The notes beneath the pieces were generated by a model that did not search any database, had not been told where the DNA came from, and worked only from the letters and a program-made list of their open reading frames with translations. Shown piece by piece: positions 18,914-28,968 of a stretch of DNA of 64,000 nt (the first letter of the stretch is position 1; each line of letters starts with the position of its first letter). The DNA is from Planctomycetota bacterium. Lineage in GTDB: Bacteria > Planctomycetota > UBA11346. The stretch spans positions 2,718 through 66,717 of the forward strand of contig JBIILZ010000005.1 of the NCBI GenBank assembly GCA_044338255.1, written 5' to 3'. The translations under genes were made by a program, and so were the position numbers.

Positions 18914-19912
18914 CTAGGAGCGATCGGCGAAGACCATGCGTCCGTTGCTGGTGGTGTGCATGCGCGCGATGGTGCAGGTCACGACTTCTCCGAGTTGATC
19001 GGCGGCGCCATTGATCACCACCATGCTGCCGTCGTCGAGGAAGCCCACGCCTTGGCCTTTGCCTTCGCCGGGCTTGCTGACCAGGACCTGCAGATCCTGT
19101 CCGGGTTTCAGCTGTGGTGCGAGAACGTTGGCGAGGGCGTTCAAGTCGACGACCTGGACGCCTTCGGCTTCGCAGCGGCGGGTCAGATCGCGATCGCTGG
19201 TCAGCAGTCGCGAACCTTCGAGGCGGCAGAGGCGGATGAGGGTATCGCCGAGGCCGGTCGAATTGGGGATCTCGGTTTCGTCGACCTCGACCGGCGGCAT
19301 GCCCATCGCGCGCAGCTCCGCCAAGCCTTCAAGGGCGCGGGTGGCTTTGCGCTGACGAGCGGGGTCGTCGACGGTGGCTTCGCTTTCCCAGAAGGTCAGG
19401 ACATCACGATGGACGAGCAGGCGCTGGGCGAAAAAGCCGGTCTTCAACAAGGACGGCAGGCGCGTGTCGCCGAGCATGTTGCCATCGACCACCAGCAACC
19501 CGCCATCATATTGATCAGCCTTCAATTCGACGAAGGGCAGGATCACCCGCCAGCGGTCGACATTGCGCATGACCGTGATCAGCACCAGATAGGTGATGAC
19601 GATGGTTATGGCGATCTCGACGGTGTTATTGGGATCGCTGTGTTCCGGCAGGATCTGGCGCATCACCGAGACCATCAGCGAGGAGAGCAGCAGGCCGCCG
19701 GCGCTACCGATGAGGAAGGCCACTAGGCTGCGCGTGAAGCGTCGGCGGAAGGCCTGCTCGGCAGCGATCAGGGTCACCGCTACGCCGAAACCTAAGGCTC
19801 CGCCGAACCAGGGCGGGAGATCGAACAGTCCGCGATAGATGAGCTGGCCGTTGTTGAAGCCGATCATCGCCGCGAAGAGGACGAAGAGGATGCGAACGAA
19901 CAGGATCAGCAT
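18914..19912 (-). CDS. PIN/TRAM-domain membrane protein (YacL-like)
   Basis: Four N-terminal TM segments, a PIN-like LLVVDGNMLGDTRLPSLLKTGFF, and a C-terminal TRAM-like KPGEGKGQGVGFLDDGSMVVINGA. Confidence 0.7.
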   Translation of the reverse strand: MLILFVRILFVLFAAMIGFNNGQLIYRGLFDLPPWFGGALGFGVAVTLIAAEQAFRRRFTRSLVAFLIGSAGGLLLSSLMVSVMRQILPEHSDPNNTVEIAITIVITYLVLITVMRNVDRWRVILPFVELKADQYDGGLLVVDGNMLGDTRLPSLLKTGFFAQRLLVHRDVLTFWESEATVDDPARQRKATRALEGLAELRAMGMPPVEVDETEIPNSTGLGDTLIRLCRLEGSRLLTSDRDLTRRCEAEGVQVVDLNALANVLAPQLKPGQDLQVLVSKPGEGKGQGVGFLDDGSMVVINGAADQLGEVVTCTIARMHTTSNGRMVFADRS

Positions 19913-19986
19913 GATGAGGCTGTGACTCTAATTCGAGCTCTTCAAACGACAAACCAATCCGTGATCACGGCGAGCGTAAAGGTTTT

Positions 19987-20697
19987 TTAGACCTCGGCGG
20001 CGACACCGTGGCTGACGCCGCCGAAGAAGCTCACCCAGCGGATGTTGGTGAAGCCTGCTTCACGCAGCGTGCGCTCGGCATCGGCAACAGTGAGGAAGCG
20101 CTGGATGCTGTCGTTGAGATAGGTGTACGCCGCCGAGTCGCCGGCGAGGATGCCACCGACGGTTGGGAAGACGATCTTTCCGAACGTGCCATAGAAAAAT
20201 TTTGGCCATAGTTTTTCCGGCCGGAAGAATTCAAGGATCAGCAACTGCCCGCCCGGGCGCAGGACCCGGCGCAGTTCGCGTGCCGAAGCCGCCGGATCGC
20301 CGAAATTGCGCCAGCCATAGGCCGCCATCGCGCCGTCGAAGGCGCCGTCGGCGTAGGGCAGGTGCAGGGCATCGCCGACCGCGGCGCTCACCGGTTGGCC
20401 GGCGCGTTTGCCGCCGCCGGCGACCAGCATCGGCTGGCAGAAATCACAACCGTGGATGCGCTGCGCTTTCTTCAAGGCGATTGCTTCCAGGCCGAGATCG
20501 AAGGTCCCGCAGGCGAGATCGAGGACATCACCGGGCGTGCCGTGCCACAGCGAGAGGGCCTTCTTGCGCCACGCCACATCGCGGCGCGCCGAGAGCACGC
20601 GGTTGAGCAGATCGTATTTCGGCGCGATCCGTCCGAACATCGATTTGACGGCGGCGGCATCAGCCGTGGGGGGGGGGATCGAAGGGGAAGTGCTCAC
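19987..20697 (-). CDS. ubiE: Demethylmenaquinone/ubiquinone C-methyltransferase
   Basis: MFGRIAPKYDLLNRVLSARRDVAWRKK and the SAM motif VLDLACGT. Confidence 0.85.
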   Translation of the reverse strand: MSTSPSIPPPTADAAAVKSMFGRIAPKYDLLNRVLSARRDVAWRKKALSLWHGTPGDVLDLACGTFDLGLEAIALKKAQRIHGCDFCQPMLVAGGGKRAGQPVSAAVGDALHLPYADGAFDGAMAAYGWRNFGDPAASARELRRVLRPGGQLLILEFFRPEKLWPKFFYGTFGKIVFPTVGGILAGDSAAYTYLNDSIQRFLTVADAERTLREAGFTNIRWVSFFGGVSHGVAAEV

Positions 20698-20747
20698 GCC
20701 TCTGACGCTAGCCCCAGCGCGGATGCGGCAAGCGCTGTGATGAGCCC

Positions 20748-22004
20748 TTAAACGTTCAACTTCTCCTTACGCAGCAGCGGTTTGACCTGGGCGGTGAAGT
20801 CCTTCGCCAAGGCCTGCAGGTGGTTGGCGAGGGTACCAGACAGGCCCACCAGCTCCTTGCTCTGGGCCAAGGCCGTGGCGGCGATGGCGGCGCAACGCTG
20901 ATCGACATCGGGGGTCAGTTGCGACAGGCCCTGCCAGTGGAAGGTCGCGATGATCTGCCCATAGAGGTGGCCGAGGCGGCGGACATCGCCGTCATCGAGC
21001 CGGGCGATGTCGAGGGTCGCGCGGGTATGGCAGCGGGTGCGCGCGAGGCAGTCACCGGCGACGGTGCGCAGAACGCGTTGAAAGGGATCCTTGCCCATGG
21101 TCGAGCACACCGGCTGGGTCGCCGGCGCGGTGGGCGACATCCAGGGGCTGAACGGCGACATGGGGATCACCCGCGACAGTGCCGAGGGCGCACGTTCCTT
21201 GAGTTCGATCAGCCGCAGCCGTGCGACGGGGGTACTTTCACGTACCAGCAGCCACCAGCGTCGGCGGCCCAGCGAACTGAGCCCGCCGGGATTGGTCCGG
21301 CGGGCGATATCGAGCACGCGGTGCTCGGGCAATCCCGCCAGCCGGCTCCACGCCGCGCGCAGGGCCGGCGCCGAAGACGGATCGTCGACGACCTCGGCGT
21401 TGCGCCGAAGCTTGGCCTTGAGCCCACCGCCGCTGACCATGCTCGCCATGAAGTGTTTATGCTGGGCCTCGCCGGAGCCGGCGATGATCAGTTCCTTGAT
21501 CGCCTCCGGCAGACCGTTGGCGTCGAGGCGTGCCGCCAGGGCATCGCCCTGCCCGAAACGCTGCATGGTTTCAGCATAGCTGCCGCAGGTGATTCGGCAC
21601 AGCTCGTCAAAAGCCGAGCGTTTGAGTTTTGGGGCGGCGGCGGGCATCGACGATAGGAGTCGTAGTAAATCCCAGCTCCACGGCGCCGGCCCCTCATCGT
21701 CGACGTCGGCGACTCCGAAGGTCACCGGCACGACGCCCTCGCGGTCCATCTTGCCCACCGCCAGGGTCGAAAAATTGCCCTGATGGGCATCGCCGATCGA
21801 CCACACCCAGGGTCCGCCGAGGGCGCTTCCGGGACCTGCGTGGGTGCTCAGCCAGGGCCCGATCATGGCCAGTGATCCGCGTACAAAGTCCCTGTCGCTG
21901 CTACACATACGACGAGCCTTCAGGGCTGCCAGCGGGGGTTCGAGGGCAGCCAGCATGCGCAGCTCGGCGAGGGCGGCGGAGGCGATCGTGGCGGTGCTTT
22001 TCAT
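20748..22004 (-). CDS. DUF2252-family protein
   Basis: ..SIGDAHQGNFSTL..FGVADVDDEGPAPWSWDLLRLLSS.. matches the DUF2252 signature as I recall it. Start at MKSTATIAS (22004). The longer 1273-aa ORF is an antisense artefact over topA. Confidence 0.6.
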   Translation of the reverse strand: MKSTATIASAALAELRMLAALEPPLAALKARRMCSSDRDFVRGSLAMIGPWLSTHAGPGSALGGPWVWSIGDAHQGNFSTLAVGKMDREGVVPVTFGVADVDDEGPAPWSWDLLRLLSSMPAAAPKLKRSAFDELCRITCGSYAETMQRFGQGDALAARLDANGLPEAIKELIIAGSGEAQHKHFMASMVSGGGLKAKLRRNAEVVDDPSSAPALRAAWSRLAGLPEHRVLDIARRTNPGGLSSLGRRRWWLLVRESTPVARLRLIELKERAPSALSRVIPMSPFSPWMSPTAPATQPVCSTMGKDPFQRVLRTVAGDCLARTRCHTRATLDIARLDDGDVRRLGHLYGQIIATFHWQGLSQLTPDVDQRCAAIAATALAQSKELVGLSGTLANHLQALAKDFTAQVKPLLRKEKLNV

Positions 22005-22127
22005 GGGTGACCCGATGGTGTCCAGATGTTCAGCTCGCCAAGAGCTGACCGGAGAGCCCCCCCTTGACCGCACCCGCGCCGGGTGTCTAGGGTGGGTGTC
22101 TACACAGATTGCTTCAGAGGAGCGTGC

Positions 22128-24776
22128 ATGGGTCGCAGCCTGGTCATCGTCGAGTCGCCTGCCAAAGCGAAGACGATCAATAAGTATTTGGGCAAGGATT
22201 TCATTGTGAAATCCAGCTATGGGCACGTTCGCGATCTGCCGACCGGAGGTGACGAGGAAGATCCCGCCGAGCGCCTCGCCAAGGCCAATGAAGCGCGCAA
22301 GGTCGCCAAGGCCGCCGGCAAGACCGTCGCTAAGGCCACGCCAGCTGAAAAGGCCAGCAAGCAGAAGACCGCCCTGATCCGGCGCATGGGCGTCGATCCC
22401 GAGCACGGTTGGAAGGCCCAGTACGAGATCATCCCCGACAAGCTCAAGGTGGTGGCCGAGCTGCGCGCCCTGGCCAAGGATGCCGATGCTATCTACCTCG
22501 CCTCCGACTTGGACCGCGAGGGGGAATCCATCGCCTGGCATTTGCGGGAAGTCATCGGTGGCGATGCCTCGCGCTTCAAGCGCGTGGTCTTCAACGAGAT
22601 CACCAAGAAGGCCATCACCGCCGCCTTCGAGCAGCCGGGCACGGTCAACGAAGACCGCGTCAACGCCCAGCAGGCTCGGCGCTTCCTCGATCGCGTGGTC
22701 GGCTTCATGGCCTCGCCGGTGTTGTGGAGCAAGGTCGCGCGCGGCCTGTCCGCCGGCCGGGTGCAATCGGTGGCGGTGCGCCTGATCGTCGAGCGCGAGC
22801 AGGCGATTCGCGCCTTCACTCCTGAAGAATATTGGGAACTGCACGCCGATCTCGCGACCCCGGCGGCCTTGCGCGCCAAGGTCGTGCGTTTCAAGGGCGG
22901 CAAGTTCGAGCCCCAGGACGGCGTCACCGCCAAGGCCGCGCTCGCCGCGCTCGACAAGGCCGCCTACCGCGTCAGCGCCCGCGACGACAAGCCGACGCGG
23001 TCGTTCCCCTCGGCGCCGTTCAAGACCTCGACCCTGCAGGCCGCCGCCAGCACCCGTCTGGGCTTCTCGGTGAAGAAGACCATGACCGTCGCCCAGCGCC
23101 TGTACGAGGCCGGTCACATCACCTACATGCGTACCGACAGCGTCAACCTGTCGCAGGATGCGCTCACCGCCGTGCGCGAACTGATCACGAGCAGTTTCGG
23201 CGCCAAATACCTGCCGGAAAAGCCGATTTTCTACAAGGGCAAGGAGAACGCCCAGGAGGCCCATGAGGCCATCCGCCCCACCGATGGCGCGGTGCTCGCC
23301 AGCCAGCTCGACGTCGAGGATGACGCCCGCCGGCTCTATGACCTGATCTGGCGCCAGTTCGTGGCCTGTCAGATGCCACCGGCCGAGTTCGATACCACGC
23401 GCATCACCATCGCCGCCGGCGACTATGAGCTCACCGCCAACGGCCGCGTGCTGCGCTTCGACGGCTTTCAGAAGGTCCAGCCGCCGGCGAAATCCGACGA
23501 GCCGGAATTGCCGTCGTTGGTGCAGGGGGCGGTGCTCAAACTGGTCAAGCTCGACCCCACGCAGCACTTCACCAAGCCGCCACCGCGGTACAGCGAAGCC
23601 GCCTTGGTCAAAGAGCTCGAAGAGCGCGGCATCGGCCGACCATCGACCTACGCCGCGATCATCTCGACGATCCAGGACCGTGGCTATGTGAAGCTCGAAA
23701 ACCGCCGTTTTTATGCGCAAAAGATCGGTGACATCGTCACCTCGCGCCTCGGTGACGCCTTTCCCGACCTGATGGATTACGGCTTCACCGCCGCCCTCGA
23801 AGAGGACCTCGACGAGATCGCCGAAGCCAAGGACGATTGGAAGGCCGTCCTCGATCGGTTCTACAAGGGCTTCACCAAGCAGATCGCGGCTTCCGCCGAG
23901 ACCATGCGCGGGAATGAGCCGGTGCTCACCCCGATCGCCTGCACCGTTTGCGGCCGGCCGATGTCGATCCGCACCGGTCGCACCGGGGTCTTCCTCGGCT
24001 GCACCGGCTACAGCCTGCCGCCCAAGGAGCGCTGCACGACTACGGTTAATCTCGTCCCCGGCAGCGAAGCCGCCGCCGTCAGCGACCAGGACGAGGAGAC
24101 CAGCGAAGCCGAGGCCAAGCTCCTGCACGAGCAGAAGCGCTGCTCCATCTGCCATACGGCGATGGACGCGTACCTCGTCGACAAGACGCGCAAGATCCAC
24201 ATCTGCGGCAACAACCCCGACTGCGCCGGAGTGACCATCGAAGAAGGCAGCTTCCAGCTCAAGGGCTACGAAGGTCCGTCGATCCCGTGCGACAAGTGCG
24301 GTAAGCCGATGCAGCTGAAACTCGGCCGTTTCGGCAAATATTTCGGCTGCACCGGCTACCCCGCGTGTGGCAATACGCGTAAGCTGCTGCGCAGCGGCGA
24401 GGCCGCGCCGCCGAAGTGTCCGCCGGTGGCGATGCCCGAGCTGCCGTGCACCAAGGGCCCGGGCCACTTCGTCTTGCGTGACGGGGCGGCGGGCCTGTTC
24501 CTGGCCGCGAGCACCTATCCGAAAGTCCGCGAGACGCGCAATCCGCTGGTCGAGGATCTCGTGCGTCATGCCAGCGAGCTCGATCCCAAGTATGCCTTCC
24601 TCGCCACCGCGCCGGTGGTCGATACCAAGGGCCGCAAGGCGATCATCCGCTTCGATCGCAAGGCCAAGGAGCAGTACGTATCCTCGGAGGACGCCAAGGG
24701 CGAACCCAGCGGCTGGTCAGCGCGTTACGACGGCCGCCAATGGGTCGCCAAGCAAGAGAACAAGCAGGAGAAATAA
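22128..24776 (+). CDS. topA: DNA topoisomerase I
   Basis: [18 protein letters not shown], active-site ITYMRTDS, and three C-terminal Cys4 zinc ribbons. Confidence 0.95.
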   Translation: MGRSLVIVESPAKAKTINKYLGKDFIVKSSYGHVRDLPTGGDEEDPAERLAKANEARKVAKAAGKTVAKATPAEKASKQKTALIRRMGVDPEHGWKAQYEIIPDKLKVVAELRALAKDADAIYLASDLDREGESIAWHLREVIGGDASRFKRVVFNEITKKAITAAFEQPGTVNEDRVNAQQARRFLDRVVGFMASPVLWSKVARGLSAGRVQSVAVRLIVEREQAIRAFTPEEYWELHADLATPAALRAKVVRFKGGKFEPQDGVTAKAALAALDKAAYRVSARDDKPTRSFPSAPFKTSTLQAAASTRLGFSVKKTMTVAQRLYEAGHITYMRTDSVNLSQDALTAVRELITSSFGAKYLPEKPIFYKGKENAQEAHEAIRPTDGAVLASQLDVEDDARRLYDLIWRQFVACQMPPAEFDTTRITIAAGDYELTANGRVLRFDGFQKVQPPAKSDEPELPSLVQGAVLKLVKLDPTQHFTKPPPRYSEAALVKELEERGIGRPSTYAAIISTIQDRGYVKLENRRFYAQKIGDIVTSRLGDAFPDLMDYGFTAALEEDLDEIAEAKDDWKAVLDRFYKGFTKQIAASAETMRGNEPVLTPIACTVCGRPMSIRTGRTGVFLGCTGYSLPPKERCTTTVNLVPGSEAAAVSDQDEETSEAEAKLLHEQKRCSICHTAMDAYLVDKTRKIHICGNNPDCAGVTIEEGSFQLKGYEGPSIPCDKCGKPMQLKLGRFGKYFGCTGYPACGNTRKLLRSGEAAPPKCPPVAMPELPCTKGPGHFVLRDGAAGLFLAASTYPKVRETRNPLVEDLVRHASELDPKYAFLATAPVVDTKGRKAIIRFDRKAKEQYVSSEDAKGEPSGWSARYDGRQWVAKQENKQEK

Positions 24777-24777
24777 C

Positions 24778-25188
24778 ATGGCCGTGACCTTCTCCACCAC
24801 CTACCTCGGCGAGCTGCGCACGGCGATCACCCATGGACCTTCGGGCACAGTCATCGAGACCGATGCGCCGGTGGACAATCATGGGCGCGGCGAGCGCTTT
24901 TCGCCGACCGATCTGGTCGCCGCCTCCTTGGGTTCGTGCATGCTGACGATCATGGGCATCGTCGCCAAGCGCGAGGGTATCGATCTCAGCGGCACCAAGC
25001 TGCAGGTCGAGAAGCACATGACCAGTACGCCGCCGCGACGCATCGCCGAGATCGTCGTCGCTTTCGTCCTGCCCGCCGGCATCGCCAGCGAGCAGCAGCA
25101 GAAGCTCGAGCGCGCCGCGCACACCTGCCCGGTGAGCTTGAGTCTGCATCCCGAGATCAAACAGACCGTGACTTTTACCTGGGGCTGA
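24778..25188 (+). CDS. OsmC/Ohr-family peroxiredoxin-like protein
   Basis: ..GERFSPTDLVAASLGSCM.. and ..AAHTCPVSLSL... The ATG lies 1 nt after the topA stop. Confidence 0.8.
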   Translation: MAVTFSTTYLGELRTAITHGPSGTVIETDAPVDNHGRGERFSPTDLVAASLGSCMLTIMGIVAKREGIDLSGTKLQVEKHMTSTPPRRIAEIVVAFVLPAGIASEQQQKLERAAHTCPVSLSLHPEIKQTVTFTWG

Positions 25189-25224
25189 TTCCTGGGGCTG
25201 ATTCCTGGGGCTGATTCCTTGGGC
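25179..25224. repeat. 13-bp tandem repeat x3.4 (ctggggctgattc) spanning the OsmC stop codon
   Basis: Read directly. Confidence 0.95.
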
Positions 25225-25241
25225 AGAGTAGGAACCCGCGC

Positions 25242-25688
25242 ATGGATGCCGATCCACAACTTGAAGCCGATGCCATGCTGCGTGCCCATGAGGGCAAGCT
25301 CGGGCCGTGCCTGTCGACCACTGCGGCGCAGTTCGCGGTGCTCCATGGGCGCTCGCAATTGCTGCTGACCCTGTGCACCCTGACCTTGACTATTACCGGT
25401 TTTTCCGGGCCCAAGATCATCGCCTCCGGCGAGCTTTCGCGCTGGGCTCTGGTGATCGGCATCACCCTGGTGCTGGCCGGCCTGGTCATGCTGCTGCTTT
25501 CCAGCCTGGTGGTCCATTTCGCGACCCAGTTCATGGTCAACGATGAGCCGCGTATTGGCTTGTCCAAGTTGATCCTCTACCGCAACCGCAAGATGCGCTG
25601 GTACCGCTGGCAGCTCGCCTGCATCGTCTTCGGCTTGACCAGCTATGTCATCGCGGTCATTCATTTTCTGCTCGTCGGGACGGGTTAG
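25242..25688 (+). CDS. Hypothetical membrane protein (three predicted TM segments)
   Basis: Hydrophobic stretches LLLTLCTLTLTITGF, WALVIGITLVLAGLVMLLLSSLVV and LACIVFGLTSYVIAVIHFLLV. No family recognised. Confidence 0.4.
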   Translation: MDADPQLEADAMLRAHEGKLGPCLSTTAAQFAVLHGRSQLLLTLCTLTLTITGFSGPKIIASGELSRWALVIGITLVLAGLVMLLLSSLVVHFATQFMVNDEPRIGLSKLILYRNRKMRWYRWQLACIVFGLTSYVIAVIHFLLVGTG

Positions 25689-25693
25689 CGGCC

Positions 25694-25738
25694 CAGCGGG
25701 CAATGAACCAGTGGGCAATGAACCAGTGGGCAACGAAT
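25694..25738. repeat. 15-bp tandem repeat x3 (cag[c/t]gggcaa[t/c]gaa[c/t])
   Basis: Read directly. It starts 6 nt after the stop of the upstream gene. Confidence 0.95.
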
Positions 25739-25778
25739 AAGTTGCGCCCTTCCGGGGTGGCCCATCCTGGTCGCCACG

Positions 25779-26900
25779 ATGCGTCCTGTGCACCAGATCG
25801 AGATCAAAGTCGGCCTGCTGGTCCTCGCCGGCCTGGCGGCGGCGACCTCGATGGTGATGTTCGCCGATAAGCTGCGCATCGAACACACGTATACCATCAC
25901 CGCCTATCTCAAGGATGCCGGCGGCCTGCGCTTTGAATCGCCGGTGACCCTCAGCGGCATCGCCATCGGCAAGGTCAAGGCGATCGAGTTCGTCACTCCC
26001 GGGCAGCAGGCTCCGGGCCAGGTGCGGGCGCAGGTGACCATTTCACAGGGCGTGGTCCTGCCCGCCGACGTCGAGGCCCGGCTGGCGACCAGCGGGCTGT
26101 TCGGCGACAGTTCGCTGGCGCTCTCCGCTCCGCTGTCGCGCCTGGCCGCACCCGTACCCCTGCCCACAGACGGCAGTGCCGTGCTGGTGGTCAAGGCCGG
26201 AGTCATCGATCAGGCCATGGACAAGGCCGGCGGAATCCTCAACGCCGTCGATGACTTGCTCGATCCGACCATGCGCGCCGATGCCAAGCGCTTGGTTCAT
26301 CAGGCCGCCGATCTCGCCGAGCATACCGCGGTAGTCGCCGCCACGCTCGCTGCCCAACAGGCCCGCATCACCGCCATCCTCAACAACCTTGAGGCTCTTT
26401 CGGAGGAACTCACGACCACCACGCGGACCATCAACCAGCGTCTCGATCCGCTGCTGGCGAAGGTCGATGGCAGCCTCACCCAGGCCGATGCCCTGCTGTC
26501 CGCCGGGGCCACGACCATGACCCGCGCCGATGGCGTCCTCGCCCACGTCGATGCCCTGCTGGTGACCAATGCCCAACCCCTGGCCGAGGCCTTGGGCGGA
26601 GTCGGCAAGATCACCCAGCGGCTTGAGAGCATCCTCAACGCCCTCGATGGTGGCCAGGGCGTGTTGGGGCAGTTGCTGACCAACCGCGATCTCGCCCAGG
26701 ACCTCCATCACATCACCGTCGATGTCGAAGCCGCCGCGCGCCTGATCGCCGAAAAGCCCTCGCGCCTGGTGTTCAGCGATAGCGCCAGTGACCAGGCCCA
26801 GGAACGCTATCGCCGTGATAGCGAGAAAATGCGACGTAATCTCGGCGAAGGTTTCGGCCAGCCGGTGACGCCGGTGTCCGCCCCATCACCGGGGAAGTGA
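25779..26900 (+). CDS. MlaD/MCE-domain protein with a long helical C-terminus
   Basis: N-terminal TM, then ..ESPVTLSGIAIGKVKAIEF.. (MCE core). Confidence 0.7.
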   Translation: MRPVHQIEIKVGLLVLAGLAAATSMVMFADKLRIEHTYTITAYLKDAGGLRFESPVTLSGIAIGKVKAIEFVTPGQQAPGQVRAQVTISQGVVLPADVEARLATSGLFGDSSLALSAPLSRLAAPVPLPTDGSAVLVVKAGVIDQAMDKAGGILNAVDDLLDPTMRADAKRLVHQAADLAEHTAVVAATLAAQQARITAILNNLEALSEELTTTTRTINQRLDPLLAKVDGSLTQADALLSAGATTMTRADGVLAHVDALLVTNAQPLAEALGGVGKITQRLESILNALDGGQGVLGQLLTNRDLAQDLHHITVDVEAAARLIAEKPSRLVFSDSASDQAQERYRRDSEKMRRNLGEGFGQPVTPVSAPSPGK

Positions 26901-26969
26901 ACCACGGTCGGCGGTCAACTGCCTGCAGAGGACGTTTGACGTCGCCAGCCCGACGGGGAGGGTGGCCAC

Positions 26970-27899
26970 ATGGAGCGCTCCTCACACCATGACCAGATTC
27001 TCAGCCAGCTGACGCAGTCGTTGCGCCGGGTGTACCAGGGTTCGCCGCAGCCCATCGAGCTGTTGATCACCGCCTGGCTGGCGCGCGGACATGTGCTCAT
27101 CGAGGACATTCCCGGCGTCGGCAAGACGACCTTGGCGCGAGCCTTCGCCGCCGCTATCGGAGGAAGCTTCAAGCGCGTGCAATGCACCCCTGATCTGATG
27201 CCCGCGGACATCACCGGCGTGAGCGTCTATGATGAGCGCGAGCGCCAGTTCATCTTCCATCCCGGGCCGGTGTTCGCCGATGTGCTCCTCGCCGATGAAT
27301 TGAATCGCACGCCCCCGCGCACCCAGGCGGCGTTGCTTGAAGCCCTCGGCGAAGGCACCGTCACCGTCGATGGTGAGCCGCGTCGTCTGAGCGCCGGCTT
27401 CTTCGGCATCGCCACCCAGAATCCGCTCGATCACGCCGGCACCTATCCGCTGCCCGATAGCCAGCGCGACCGCTTCCTGATGTGCTTCCGCCTCGGCTAT
27501 CCGGAAGCTGACGCCGAGTTCGCGGTCCTCGTCCGCGACGGCGCCGAATCCGCGCTGGCGCAGGTCGTGCCGCTGATCGATGCGCCCCTCGCCCAGCAGC
27601 TGCGGGCGGCGGTGCAGGTCGTGCGCCTCGAGGAGAGCGTCCGCCGCTATCTCCTTGAGGTGATCCGCGCCACGCGCTCGGCCAAGGGCCTGCTGCAGGG
27701 CGCGAGCACGCGCGCGGCTCTCGGCCTGCAGCGCGCGGCGCAGGCGCGGGCGCTGCTCAACGGACGGGACTTTGTGATCCCCGATGACATCCAGGCGTTA
27801 GCCGTGCCGTGCTTGGCGCATCGCCTCACGGCGCGTGCCGGCACGGTCTGCGAGACCGCCATCCAGGCTCTGCTCGAAACCCTGCCGGTGCCGCGCTAG
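26970..27899 (+). CDS. MoxR-family AAA+ ATPase
   Basis: Walker A IPGVGKTTLA. Walker B/sensor LLADELNRTPPRTQAALLEALGEGTVTVDG. Confidence 0.9.
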   Translation: MERSSHHDQILSQLTQSLRRVYQGSPQPIELLITAWLARGHVLIEDIPGVGKTTLARAFAAAIGGSFKRVQCTPDLMPADITGVSVYDERERQFIFHPGPVFADVLLADELNRTPPRTQAALLEALGEGTVTVDGEPRRLSAGFFGIATQNPLDHAGTYPLPDSQRDRFLMCFRLGYPEADAEFAVLVRDGAESALAQVVPLIDAPLAQQLRAAVQVVRLEESVRRYLLEVIRATRSAKGLLQGASTRAALGLQRAAQARALLNGRDFVIPDDIQALAVPCLAHRLTARAGTVCETAIQALLETLPVPR

Positions 27900-27906
27900 G
27901 TTGGCC

Positions 27907-28968
27907 ATGCGCACGGCCATCACTCCCGTCGGGTGGCTGGTGCTGGGGGAAGCTGTGCTCCTGCTCACCAGCCGCTGGTGGTCGGTGCGGGCGATTCCCG
28001 AGCCCGCGACCATGGCCCTGGGGGTCGGCCTGCTGGCGGTGGTCGTGGTCTCGTGGTGGATGGCCCCGCGCCGGGCTCTCGCCGGGGGCGCCGAATGGCT
28101 GGTGGCTCCGCGCGTTCCGCTCGGTGAGGAAATCACCGTCGGTGCGCTCCTGACCATCCATGGCCATCTCCCGCCGTGCACCATCAGCGCCTTTAATCCC
28201 CTGAGCCGCCGCCGTGAAGATGTGCTGCGTCTGCGCGCCCTCACCACCGGTAGCGTGCGCCCGACGTGGACGGCCCGCTTCACCCGCCGTGGCCTCTGCC
28301 GCCTGCCGCCCCTGCAACTGCGCTGCACCCAGCCCTTCGGCATCATCGCCGTTGAGCGCCCACTGGGCGCAGGCTGCGAGGTCGTGGTCCTACCGGTCGT
28401 GGGCCAGCTGCGTCGGCCCTTGCGCGAGCGTCTTGAGAGCTGGTCAGCGGAGATGCGGCCGACCACCGACATCGGCGCCGATGAGCTGGATCACGTGCGC
28501 CCCTATCGCATGGGCGATCAACGCCGGGCGATCCACTGGCGGGCCTCGGCGCACCATGGCGAATGGTTGGTGTCGGAACGCCTCGATCCCGGTTGCCGGC
28601 GCCTGGCGATCGTTCTCGATACCTCGGGGCGCGGCGTCAACGGCGCCCTTGATGGCCGGCGCTTCGAGAAATTGGTGGCCGCTACCGCCACCCTGGTCGA
28701 GGCCTGCCTGCAGCGCGGCTGGCAGGTGACGGTGCACGGAGGCTTCGCTCCGCAGGGTCTTTCTGGGGACAGCGCGCGGCTCATGGAAGGCCTGGCCCTG
28801 GCGACCTGCGATGGTGCCCAGCTGCTCGATCTGATCCCGGCGCAGCCGGCGGTGGCGGTGCTCACCGCCCGACCTGGAGACGTGCCGGCGCTGCTGCGCC
28901 GTCCGCTGGTCCTGGGCTTGGCGGAGATCGACGAATTGTTCCGTCTGCCGGCACGGTTCCGCGCATGA
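27907..28968 (+). CDS. DUF58-family protein (MoxR partner)
   Basis: HVRPYRMGDQRRAIHWRASAHHGEWLVSE signature, and operon position after MoxR. Confidence 0.8.
   Translation: MRTAITPVGWLVLGEAVLLLTSRWWSVRAIPEPATMALGVGLLAVVVVSWWMAPRRALAGGAEWLVAPRVPLGEEITVGALLTIHGHLPPCTISAFNPLSRRREDVLRLRALTTGSVRPTWTARFTRRGLCRLPPLQLRCTQPFGIIAVERPLGAGCEVVVLPVVGQLRRPLRERLESWSAEMRPTTDIGADELDHVRPYRMGDQRRAIHWRASAHHGEWLVSERLDPGCRRLAIVLDTSGRGVNGALDGRRFEKLVAATATLVEACLQRGWQVTVHGGFAPQGLSGDSARLMEGLALATCDGAQLLDLIPAQPAVAVLTARPGDVPALLRRPLVLGLAEIDELFRLPARFRA

Noticed and set aside
22005-24569. Upstream 850 codons of the 1273-aa minus-strand ORF (20748-24569).
   Set aside because: It runs antisense to topA, whose motifs are unambiguous. 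Long stop-free antisense frames are expected at this GC content. Only the 3' part (20748-22004) has protein-like DUF2252 sequence.
24367-24777. N-terminal extensions offered by the ORF track. Examples are 24367 for OsmC, 41433 for the S8 protease, 15575 for pcnB, 16147 for the polyprenyl synthase, 43449 for X, 46422 for B, 36119 for the activator and 5309 for mreB.
   Set aside because: Each extension overlaps the preceding gene in another frame, is Arg/Pro/Ala-rich with no homology-like sequence, and is followed by an internal start with better SD or operon geometry and a family-typical N-terminus.
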